Source of the DNA: Squalus acanthias
Lineage: Eukaryota
NCBI GenBank assembly: GCA_030390025.1
Contig: CM059432.1
Location: 32,366,001-32,430,000 of the forward strand
Reading direction: 5' to 3'
DNA: 64,000 nucleotides
Part shown: positions 51,625 through 62,649 of the stretch, in pieces
Position numbering within the stretch: position 1 is the first letter of the stretch
Layout of the letters: the number at the start of each line of letters is the position of its first letter
The notes under the pieces: generated by a model
Databases searched by the model: none
What the model was told of the DNA's origin: nothing
What the model saw: only the letters and a program-made list of their open reading frames with translations
Made by a program: the position numbers and the translations under genes

Positions 51625-51950
51625 CAGTGTTCACCATCTACAAGATGCACTGCAGCAACTTGTCAAGGCTTCTTCGGCAGCACCTCCCAAACCCGCGACC
51701 TCAAACACCTAGAAGGACAAGGGCAGCAGGCATATGGCAACACCATCACCTCCAAGTTCCCCTCCAAGTTACACACCATCCTGACTTGGAAGTATATCAC
51801 CATTCCTTCATAGTCGCTGGGTCAAAATCCTGGAACTCCCTCCCTAACAGTTCTATGGGAGGACCTTCACCACACAGACTGTAGCGGTTCAAGAATGGCC
51901 AAAAAAATGGTGGCCTTGCCAGCGATGCTCACATCCCAGGAACGAATAAA
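51625..51950 (+). mobile_element. 3' fragment of the same LINE family as 20393-22662
   Basis: TIYKMHCSN..RLLRQHLPNP peptide and matching tail; another fragment at ~1240-1410. Confidence 0.85.
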
Positions 51951-53041
51951 ACATAAACAACTGGAACTGAACTCAGGCTGGAACTATAAGAGCACAAAAG
52001 CAATATAAATTTGAAGCTAAATAGATACATTGGAAACCCTTAAGTATTTTAGTTGTCATACAACAACAACAACAGCTTGTATTTATATAGCGCCTTTAAC
52101 GTAGCAAAATGTCCCAAGGCACTTCACAGGAGTATTATAAGATAAAAAATTTGACACTGAGCCACATAAGGAGAAATTAGGGCAGGTAACCAAAAGCTTG
52201 GTCAAAGAGTTTTAAAAAGCGTCTTAAAGGAGGAAAGAGAGGTAGAGAGGCGGAGAGGTTTAGGCAGGGAATTCCAGAGCTTTGGGCTTAGGCAACAGAA
52301 GGCATGGCCACCAATGGTTGAGCGATTATAATCAGGAGGGCAGAAGGGATTCAAATTTTGAAATCATGAAACCTGGATGAACCACAGTATGGGACATCAC
52401 CAAGGATGGACACAGCTGGAGAGAAAATGAGGTAAATCAGGTCATGGTTAGTTAATGTCAGGATTGTCTTTTAAAAGACTGTAAATTGAAGAAAAAGGGG
52501 TGAAACTGGTCATCGGTTGTAGTGTAAAACGGGTGATAGCGAATCTGCAGCCCGCTTTACACCCCAAATAATTTTCTGTGCCTTTAAAGCATTTCTGTTC
52601 TTATTTCTCATTAACTATCCAGGCTGGTGGGTCCGACTATAGCTTATTCTTCCTTATGTGCCAAGCCAAATGGCAGATGGACCACCCTTGAGATGGTGGT
52701 TTAAGAAATAGCAGCCCCAGCACTCCCTCTGCTGTCAAGCCACAGTGCTGCAGTTATTGCAACATTTCTGCTTGCCAAAAAATACAATTGCTCTCCCAGT
52801 CTACCCTTTGCACTTGCTGGGACTGATTTCACATATCATTGTTGAAAAGAGCCCAAACATCATGAAATGATATAAAACGGTCTGCCATTGCACAAATTAC
52901 CAGATTTATTGAATTCAAATTCAATTCACAACTTCTAGGTTTCGAGACCAGTACCATAGCCACAGACCTACCATGAGATACAAGATTATTCACTCTTATA
53001 TACCATTTGAGATATTAACATGAAGATACAAGGAAACATAC

Positions 53042-53177
53042 CTGGTTAATCCAGTCAATGAAGGATGAGACCTCTGTAAAAACAGTGGGCTTGTGGTACG
53101 TGTTGCATATTGCTAACAATGCCATACACTTGCCAAACACCATCAACGTTACAGTTCAGAGGCCCACCAGAATCTCC
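53042..53177 (-). pseudogene. Elastase-family protease exon with catalytic Ser (GDSGGPLNC...), frameshifted
   Basis: Reads [22 protein letters not shown]; conserved [22 protein letters not shown] follows in another frame; exon is 136 nt, not a multiple of 3; absent from the ORF track. Confidence 0.8.
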
Positions 53178-53574
53178 CTGAAACCAACACGATAGTTGCA
53201 GTGAGAACATTTGCAACAGCACTGTCGCCAGTTTAATATGTAAGTATCATTCCCTGCAACATTCTCTGTAACATTTTAATGTCACCTGAACATCTACTCA
53301 GTGGGTCTGAACCTGCCAGGAAGAGATGGAGACTTCATAATGTGAAGGATAGGAAGAGGAATCATCGTGGTTACCGGGAGAGAGTAAGGAAATTGGCTTA
53401 GAGTGGATAGCTCCAGTGTGGAGTTTGTACTGACACAGGAATGATGGGACGAATGGTCACCCTCTCAATTGAAATTTCTCTGATTCTATGAATTTCTATG
53501 ATAAGGCATCGATTCCCCAGGCAGATGCTACTGAGTGGGGTTAAGGGCCCATTTTCTTGTGTCTCTTCCTCAGT

Positions 53575-53765
53575 CCCTGGTGATTATAGATCTCTCACTA
53601 GTGGTTACAGACCTGTCACTGGTAGTTACAGGCTTGTCACTGGGTTACAAGTTGTCATTGGTAGTTACGGGCCCATCACTGCATTACAGACCCATCACTG
53701 AGCTACGGGCCTGTCACTGGTGGTTACAGGCCTACATTGGTGGTTATGAGCCCATCACTGGCAGT
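53575..53765. repeat. Degenerate ~21-bp tandem repeat in protease intron
   Basis: Recurrent GTGGTTACAGGCCTGTCACTG-like unit. Confidence 0.75.
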
Positions 53766-54007
53766 GGTGGAAGCAATTGGAATGCAATGAATTAAGATTA
53801 TCAAACAACAATGAAATGTATTGGATTAATTACTGGCTATCGGGTGAAAGGATTAAACCAAACAAGCTGAAGGGCTTTCTTCATCCAAGCGCTTGTGAAG
53901 TTTCATGTTTTTCTTCTGAGTGCAGTGTGTCAAAAAAGAGGAAATAGGACAGAGTAGTCTTACAATTTAAAAAAAATACAGCAGTGTTCAAAAATAAGTG
54001 GCTTTAC

Positions 54008-54153
54008 CTGACACCCAGCCAAGTAGCCGTCACCACCAGCACACACCATTTTCTCGCCAGCATAATAGTCCCAGTACTCTCGAGTTGCACATTTTTTATG
54101 GTCTGCAATTGGGAGGCGAGCTTGCAGCAAAGCAGGAGATGGATAGCCTGCAG
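54008..54153 (-). CDS. Elastase-family protease exon (SAGYPSPALLQARLPIADHKKC...MVCAGGDGYLAGCQ)
   Basis: 146-nt exon, tttcag| acceptor, |GTAAAG donor; phase 1 start matches preceding exon; VCAGG...GCQ motif. Confidence 0.9.
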
Positions 54154-54587
54154 CTGAAAGGAATTGGGCAAAGCAGTAAAAGAAAAGCATCAAAATAATT
54201 AATCAAACCCAACACCAAGATCGTTAGCTTGGTCATCTTGAGCAAGTAGGTTTACACCAACTGAAGCAGCAACTGAACCCAGGAAGAAGCTCCAACAATA
54301 ATAATGTTAAAGGGCCAGATCACAAACATGGATCGTTCATTTGAGTATAAAATATGGACTACTTGAATTCATTAAAGTGTTCAAAGGATTTGATAGAGTA
54401 GATACGGAGAAACGATGTCCTCTGGTAGGTGAGTCCAGAATCTTAAAATTAGTGCTCGGCCATTCAGGAGTGAAATCAGGAAGCACTTTTACACACAAAG
54501 GGTAGTAGAAATTCGGAACTCTTTCCCCCAAAATGCCGTGGTTGCTGGGACAACTGGAGAGATAGATTTTTGTTAGGTAAGGGTGTC

Positions 54588-55195
54588 ATAGAAACATAGA
54601 AACATAGAAGATAGGAGCAGGAGTAGGCCATTCGGCCCCTCGAGCCTGCTCCGCCATTTAATGAGATCATGGCTGATCATCCAAATTCAGTACCCTGTCC
54701 CTGCTTTCTCCCCATATCCCTTGATCCCTTTAGCCTTAAGAAATATATCTATCTCCTTCTTGAATATATTTAATGAATTGGCCTCAACTGCCTTCTGTGG
54801 TAGAGAATTCCACAGGTTCACCACTCTCTGGGTGAAGAAATTCCTCCTCATCTCAGTCCTAAATGGCTTACCCCTTATCCTTAGACTGTGACCCCTGGTT
54901 CTGGACTCCCCCGCCATCGGGAACATCCTTCCTGCATCTAGTCTGTCTAGTCCTGTTAGAATGTTATAAGTTTCAATGAGATCCCCTCTCATTCTTCTAA
55001 ACTCTAGCGAATACAAGCCCAATCGTCCCAATCTCTCTTCATACGTCATTTCTGCCATCCCAGGTATCAGTCTGGTGAATCTTCGCTGCATTCCCTCCAT
55101 GGCAAGAACATCCTTCCTCAGATAAGGCGACCAAAACTGCACACAATACTCATGGTGTGGTCTCACCAAGGCCCTGTACAACTGCAGCAAGACTG
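54588..55195 (-). mobile_element. 5'-truncated CR1 nested in an older CR1 3' fragment, within a protease intron
   Basis: ORF 54687-55304 RT C-terminus; tail nearly identical to 59746 and 22921 copies. Confidence 0.9.
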
Positions 55196-55629
55196 TGTCA
55201 AGGGATATGGAGCAAAGGCAGGAAAATGGAGTTGAGGTTACTGTGTTGTGCCATGGTTTAGAGTACACCAGCATGTCAGCTGATGCTGAAGCCAATTGCA
55301 GCATCCCTGCTTGCTAACACAAGTCAGCCTGGGAAACAAACATGGAATCTCCCTGAGCCTCTATTGTTCATTTCCACAATGATTATGTCATCAGAGCTTT
55401 AAAAAGTTTCCAGGAGGATCATCCAGAAGGGTTCAGGGTGGGACTGTAACCGAAACATTGACAGCAAAATGTCCCATGACCATTCTCTCCTACATAAGTC
55501 AGCCAAAGAGCCAGCTGATTCAGAATGTTTTTGGGCTGAATGGATATGTTTAACTTTTCTAATTGGTCCTTGTCTATTCTGCTCCTTGGATGAAGATATA
55601 AATTGGATCAACCCAAATAGATTTATCCA

Positions 55630-58600
55630 CACAAAAGCAATGTACTGCAGATGCTGGAAATCTGAAATAAAAACAGAAAATGCTGGAGATACTCAGCAGG
55701 TCAGGCAGCATCTGTGGAGAGAGAAACAGAGTAACATTTCAGGTCGATGACCTTTCATCAGATCTGGAAATGTTAGAGATGTAACAGGTTTTAAGGAAGT
55801 AGAGACAGGGAAAGGGGGAATGGGAGGAAAGAACAAAAGGGAAGGCCTGTGATAGGGTGGAAGGCAGGAGAGATTAAATGACAAAAGGGATGATGGTGCA
55901 AGACAAAAGGAGATGGTAATGGGACAAGTAAAGAAACAAAAGATGGGTCTAGACGAGGTGTAAATGGGAATGGCAGAATCAGCACCTGCTGTCCGAAAAA
56001 ATGGGAGCAGTGTTTATGAGCTGAAATTGTTGAACTCAATGTTGAGCCCGGAATGCTGTAAAGTGCCTAATCGAAAGATGAGGTGCTGTTCCTCGAGCTT
56101 ACGTTGAGCTTCATTGGAACAGTGAAGGTGACCGAGGACAGAGAGGTCAGAGTGGGAGTGGAGCAGAGAATTAAAATGACACGTGACCAGAAGCTCGGGG
56201 TCACGCTTGTGGACTGAACGGATGTGTTCCGCAAAGCGGTCACCCAATCTGCATTTGGTCTCCCCAGTGTAGAGGAGACCGCATCGTGAGCAGCGAATAC
56301 AGTATACTAAGTTAAAAGAAGTACAAGTAAATCGCTGTTTCACCTGGAATGAATGTTTGGGGCCCTGGACGGTACTAAGGGAGGAGGTAAAAGGGCAGGT
56401 GTTGCATGGGAAGGTGCTGTGGGAAGGGGAGGGGGTGTTGGGGGTGATTGACGCATGGACCAGGGTGTCGCAGAGGGAACAGTCCCTTCAGAATGCTGAA
56501 AGGGAAAGGGAAGGTCTGTTTGGTAGTGGGATCACGCTGGAGGTGGTGGAAATGGCGGAGGATGATCCGTTGAATTGGAGGCTGGTGGGGTGGAAGGTGA
56601 GGACCAGGGGAATCCTATCGTGGTTCCGGGAGGGAGGGGAAGGGGTGAAAGCATAAGTGCGGGAAATGGAACAGACACGGTCGAGGGCCCTGTCATCCAC
56701 GGTGGAGGGGAATCCTCGGTTGAGGTGTAGAATTCGCAATATATCGCGATTTTATTAATAAGGAGAAAAACACATAGTTTCGTTCAAACAGCTTTTATTT
56801 CAGCAGAATGCTGTCAGGTTTCAAAGTGGACACAAGCAGCTTGTAAAATGGCCGCCGCACCTCGTGGCGGAACATTCTAGACTTTTCAACAGGCAGACAA
56901 GATGGCGTTCCAATAAACATTTGTGCAAGATCGATTAAGATTCAGCACATTGAAGATAATACACGAGACATCATGGGTTTACAGTATACACATAAATACT
57001 GAAATCGGTCTCCCAGGTACGAATAAAAACTATTGTACCAAGTAATCAAGAACCCATCCAAAGACATTAATATGTAAAATCCCAACGACTCTACGATGAG
57101 AGAGCCGTTAGCGGGTAGTTACAGAAAACACTTGGAAGCCCCAAAACCCCTCCAGGGAGAACACCGACCGATTAAACAATGGGAGAAATATTAACAGGTA
57201 CTCAGACATTTACGAGTAGCCCCGAAACCCATTAAAAACGGAGATCACCCTATACAAGACATTTGAGCGCCAAACCCTAACAAAAGAAAAGACATTAAGG
57301 TTGGGCAGGAAACGGAAGATTTTGTACTATAATTACAAGCTCCAAACCGTCCATCTCTCTCTTATCCTCTTATCTTGCTGGTGTTCATCCTCGTGGCTGC
57401 TCCTGTGTTCTTGACTCGCCGTCTTGTTCCTGCTTGCCTCGTGTCTCTTTTAAAAAGACTGTTGAATTTTGTGATCCGCTCGGATCTACCTCGTGTCGTG
57501 TCGCGAAGACCTGTGTAGAACTGGGCTCTGAAGCCTTGAAGCGGGCGCACCATTCCGATAAGTCGGTAAACGGTGTCGGAACCAAAGGCCCGAGATGAGA
57601 TGAGATGAGATGAGATGAGAAGAGAAGAAGACCATACTTATCGCCACGGTCAGTAAGCCCCGACCGCGCCTGTAGGTCGAATAGACATTTTCCTTGCCAG
57701 GAAGACTTCTTTGAGTTCTACAGAACTGACACAGGAAGACTCTTCTTTGAATTTTATCGCACCCGTGCGAGGGCACAGGAAGACTCTTTTTTGAGTAGAG
57801 TCGGAACTCCGAGGACAACACAGATCTTCATGACAGCAGACGTTCCAGCTTGCTAGCCGGAGCAGAACGAGTAAACAAGTGGGGCCAGGAGACCCCCTGA
57901 TCGACACGTGGGCGCTGCGGTGAAAAACATCCGATCAGAGGTTTCGGAATTCTCCGAGTTATCACGAGTGGTGAGCATGAGTCTCGAATCCTACGAATCT
58001 AGTTTAGAATAGGTATTGATAGGGGAGGGTTTAAGTTTTAAGGATAACTGTAATGTGTGCCCCCATTTATGATGTGTCGTTCGTTCCTCGTTTCCCTGAA
58101 ATTAGTTACATAACTGCGTGTAAGATTGTACTGTCATGAATCTGTGCTTATGACATGTATTTCGAAATCTTAAATATTATGCAATAAAGATTTTCCATTT
58201 CGTACCATTCAACCGAGTCTACCTGAGTTTCATCTCCATTACTGCTCTCGCATCTAAGTCCAGTGTCTAGAACCGTAAGGGCGAGTGGATCGAACCACTC
58301 ACAGGTGTGTCTAGTGCTCCCAGACTGGCTGGAGACCAGAACAGGCAATAAGGCCTAAACCCGCACTAGCATCCAGGCTGCACAGAGCCACACGAATCTC
58401 ACAGGCTGAGAGACGGTCAGAAACCCTTACAGAGGAAAAAGGAAGACATATCGGAAGCACTGGTATGGAAGGTGGTATCGTCAGAACAGATGCGACGGAA
58501 ACGGAGAAACTGGAAGAATGGAATAGAGTCCTTACAGGAAGGTGGGAGAAAGTGTAGTCAAGGTAGCTGTGTGAGTCAGTGGGCTTATAGTGGATGTTTG

Positions 58601-59150
58601 TCAGCCTATCCCCAGAAATGGAGACAGAGAAGTCGAGGAAGGGAAGGGAAGAGTCGGAGATGGACCATTTGAAGGCGAGGGAAGGGTGGAAATTGAAAGC
58701 AAAGTTGTTGAAATTTTCCAGTTCGGGGCAAGAACAGGAAACAGCACCAATACAGTCATCAATGTGGCGGAAAAAGATGTGAGGGAGGGGACCTGAGTAG
58801 GACTGCAACAAAGTATGTTCCACATATCCCACAAAAAGGCAGGCATAGCTAGGACCCATGCGGGTTCCCAAAGCAACACCTTTAATTTGGAGGAAGTGAG
58901 TGGATTCAAAGGAGAAGTTGTTCAATGTGACAACATGTTCAGCCAGGTGGAGGAGGATGGTGGTGGATGGGGACTAGTTGGGCCTCTGTTCAAGGAAGAA
59001 GTGGAGAGCCCACAGGCCATCCTGGTGGGGGATGGAGATGTAGGGGGATCCATAGTGAAAAGGAGACGGTTAGGGCCAGGAATCTGGAAATTGTTAAAGT
59101 AGCAGAGGGTGTCAGAAGAGTCGAGGATGTAGATAGGAAGAGACTGGACA
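55630..59150 (-). mobile_element. Penelope-like element (RT + GIY-YIG), degenerate, split by an LTR-like insertion
   Basis: RT motifs QIKGVALGTRMGPSYACLF and FRHIDD, PFLD (58311-58925); GIY-YIG ORF 56014-56343; tail with hammerhead-like core ~55730-55765. Confidence 0.9.
56726..58431 (+). mobile_element. Solo LTR-like insertion, 1706 bp
   Basis: Termini TGTA...TACA; GAGG duplicated at 56722-56725 and 58432-58435; removal restores Penelope coding sequence; AATAAA at 58183 suggests + orientation. Confidence 0.85.
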
Positions 59151-59310
59151 TCAGATTTATCCATTGCACTTCCCTGATGCCTCTTTAAGGCATTTTGTAT
59201 TGCTATTGGTTTGTACCAGAACTGAGTGAAAATTGTGCTTTTGCCTGGTTACACTGAGGGGCAGGTCAGGCCCATGGATCATGTCATGTGCAAAGATTTG
59301 TTATACTTAC

Positions 59311-59447
59311 ATTCAGTCAGTCCCCATCCAGTGATATAACAGGGAAAATTATCAGGAAGGATTCGACCAGGTGATGGAAGATTAGCAATCTGCACATATT
59401 GGTTAATAATAACTGGCTCTAGCAGATAAAGCAAAGCGATATCATTC
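59311..59447 (-). CDS. Chymotrypsin-like elastase-family serine protease, exon with catalytic Asp (NDIALL...[10 protein letters not shown])
   Basis: 137-nt exon, ttgcag| acceptor, |GTAAGT donor; DIALL and CYITGWG motifs; size and phase match the CELA/CTRC gene structure. Confidence 0.9.
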
Positions 59448-59745
59448 CTGCAACAAGAGAAAGGGCACAGAATAAAGCACTGGATAGTCAAGAAGGTCCT
59501 CCCCTAACTTACCCTGTTAGTGCTTATGGGGATATGTCCTAGACTGAGATGATCCATTAATGTACCAGCCATAACTTGCTGCTGGGTTAAGGGATGTTTG
59601 CCTGGAGGGCAAATAGTGGTGGTTGAGTAGTGAAGAATGAATTATTGATGGATATTCTGGATTTTACGCGATGACCTTTGGTGATCCATGGAGTATTTAG
59701 GCAAAGAAAGATTTGTATTAATATAGGGTTGATTTTAGTCTTGAG

Positions 59746-62649
59746 AAACATAGAAACATAGAAGATAGGAGCAGGAGTAGGCCATTCGGCCCCTCGAACC
59801 TGCTCCGCCATTTAATGAGATCATGGCTGATCATCCAAATTCAGTACCCTGTCCCTGCTTTCTCCCCATATCCCTTGATCCCTTTAGCCTTAAGAAATAT
59901 ATCTATCTCCTTCTTGAATATATTTAATGAATTGGCCTCAACTGCCTTTTGTGGTAGAGAATTCCACAGGTTCACCACTCTCTGGGTGAAGAAATTCCTC
60001 CTCATCTCTGTCCTAAATGGCTTACCCCTTATCTTTAGACTGTGACCCCTGGTTCTAGACAACCCCGCCATCGGGAACATCCTTCCTGCATCTAGTCTGT
60101 CTAGTCCTGTTAGAATTTTATAAGTTTCAATGAGATCCCCTCTCATTCTTCTAAACTCCAGCGAATATAAGCCCAATCGACCCAATCTCTCCTCATACCT
60201 CATTCCTGCCATCCCAGGTATCAGTCTGGTGAATCTTCGCTGCACTCCCTCCATGGCAAGAACATCCTTCCTCAGATAAGGCAACCAAAACTGCACACAA
60301 TACTCAAGGTGTGGTCTCACCAAGGCCCTGTACAACTGCAGCAAGACATCCTTGCTCCTGTACTCGAATCCTCTCGCTATGAATGCCAACATACCATTTG
60401 CCTTCTTAACCACCTGCTGCACCTGCATGCTTACCTTCAGCGACTGGTGCACAAGGACACCCAGGTCTTGTTGCACTTCCCCTTTTCCCAATCTATTGCC
60501 ATTCAGATAATAATCTGCCTTCCTGTTTTGCCACCAAAGTGGATAACCTCGCATTTATCCACATTATACTGCATCTTCCATGCATCTGCCCAATCACCCA
60601 ACCTGTCCAAATCATACTGGAGTTTCTCGGCATCCTCCTCACAGCACACACGCCCACCCAGCTTTGTGTCGTCTGCAAACTTGGAGATATTACATCTAGT
60701 TCCCTCGTCTAGATCATTAATATATATTGTGAATAGCTGCGGTCCTAGCACCAATCCCTGTGGTACCCCACTAGTCACTGCCTGCCACTCGGAAAAGGAC
60801 CCGTTTATTTCAACTCTTTGCTTCCTGTCTGCCAACCAGTTCTCTATCCAAGTCAGTACCTTACCCCCAATCCCATGTGCTTTAACTTTACACGCTAATC
60901 TCTTGTGCGGGACCTTATCGAAAGCCTTCTGAAAGTCCAAATATACCACATCCACTGGTTCTCCCTTATCTATTCTACCAGTTACATACTCAAAAAATTC
61001 CAGTAGATTAGTCAAGCATGATTTACCTTTTGTAAATCCATGTTGACTTTGTCCGATCCTGTCACTGTTTTCCAAGTGCTCTGCTATTACATCTTTTATA
61101 ATGGACTCTAGCATTTTCCCCACTATTGATGTCAGGCTTACCGGTCTATAATTCCCCGTTTTCCCTCTACCACCTTTTTTAAATAGTGGGGTTACATTAG
61201 CTACCCTCCAATCCATGGGAACTGTGCCAGAGTCTATAGAATTTTGGAAGATGACCAGCAATGCATCTACTATTTCTAGGGCCACTTCCTTAAGTACCCT
61301 AGGATGTAGATTATCAGGCCCTAGGGATTTATCAGCCTTCAATCCCGTCAATTTCCCTAACACCATTTCCCTACAAACACTGATTTCTTTCAGTTCCTCC
61401 CTCTCATTAGACCCTATGTTCCCTGACATCTCTGGGAGGTTATTTGTGTCCTCCTTTGTGAAGACAGAACCAAAGTATGTATTTAATTGGTCAGCCATTT
61501 CTTTGTTCCCCATTATAAATTCCCCTGATTCTGACTGCAAGGGACCTACGCTTGACTTCACCAATCTTTTTCTCTTCACATATCTATAGAAGCTTTTACA
61601 GTCAGTTTTTATGTTCCCTGCAAGCTTCCTCTTATATTCTATTTTCCCCCTTTTAATTAATCCCTTTGTCCTCCTTTGCTGAATCGTAAACTGTTCCCAA
61701 TCCTCAGGTTTACTGCTTTTTCTGGCCAATTTATATGTCCTTTCCTTGGATCTTATGCTATCCCTAATTTCCCTTGTTAGCCCTTGTGACACCTTTTTTG
61801 TTTTATTTTTATGCCAGACAGGGATCATCCATGCGATCTTTAACTGTTTGCCATTGCCTATCCACCGTCAACCCTTTAATTAACGTTTCCCAATCCATCC
61901 TAGCCAACTCGCGCCTCATACCATCATAGTTTCCTTTATTTAAATTCAGGACCCTAGTCTCTGAGTCAACGACTTCACTCTCCATCTTAATGAAGAATTC
62001 TATCATATTCTGATTGCTCCTCCCCAAGGGGCCTCACACAACAAGATTGCTAATCAATCCTTTCTCATTACATAATACCCAGTCTAAGATGGCCTGATCT
62101 CTAGTTGGTTCCTCGACATATTGGTCCAGGAAACCATCCTGTATACACTCTAGGAATTCCTCCTCCACAGTATTGTTACTAATCTGGTTAGCCCAATCTA
62201 TATGTAGATTAAAGTCACCCATGATAACTGCTGTGCCCTTATTGCATGTGTCTCTAATTTCCTGTTGAATGCCACCCCCAACCTCAGCATTACTGTTTGG
62301 GGGTCTGTATACAACTCCCACTAACGTTTTCTGCCCCTTGGTATTTCTCAGCTCTACCCATACAGATTCCACATCATCAGAGCTAATATCCTTCCTTACT
62401 ATTGTGTTAATCTCCTCTTTAACCAGCAATGCTACCCCACCTCCTTTTCCTTTTTGCCTGTCCTTCCTGAATATTGAATACCCCTGGATGTTGACTTCCC
62501 AGCCTTGGTCACCCTGGAGCCATGTCTCCGTAATCCCAATTATATCATATCCGTTTACATCTATTTGCGCAGCTAATTCATCCACCTTATTATGAATGCT
62601 CCTCGCATTAAGACACAAAGCCTTCAGGCTTGTTTTTTTAACACTCTTA
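59746..62649 (-). mobile_element. CR1 ORF2 (endonuclease + RT, few frameshifts), interrupted at its 5' side by a Harbinger element
   Basis: ORFs 62034-62675, 60503-61828 and 59841-60554 tile ORF2; CR1 tail at 59746. Confidence 0.93.

Noticed and set aside
52560..53030. Terminal exon of the elastase-like gene
   Set aside because: The expected exon codes only a few residues; no candidate with a convincing acceptor and poly(A) signal could be identified by eye
57362..57907. Short ORFs in the LTR-like insertion as retroviral accessory genes
   Set aside because: Short, mostly non-ATG starts, antisense to the inferred LTR orientation, no recognisable motif
56726..58431. DNA transposon interpretation of the 1.7-kb insertion
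   Set aside because: Terminal complementarity is limited to TGTA/TACA; no extended TIR or transposase
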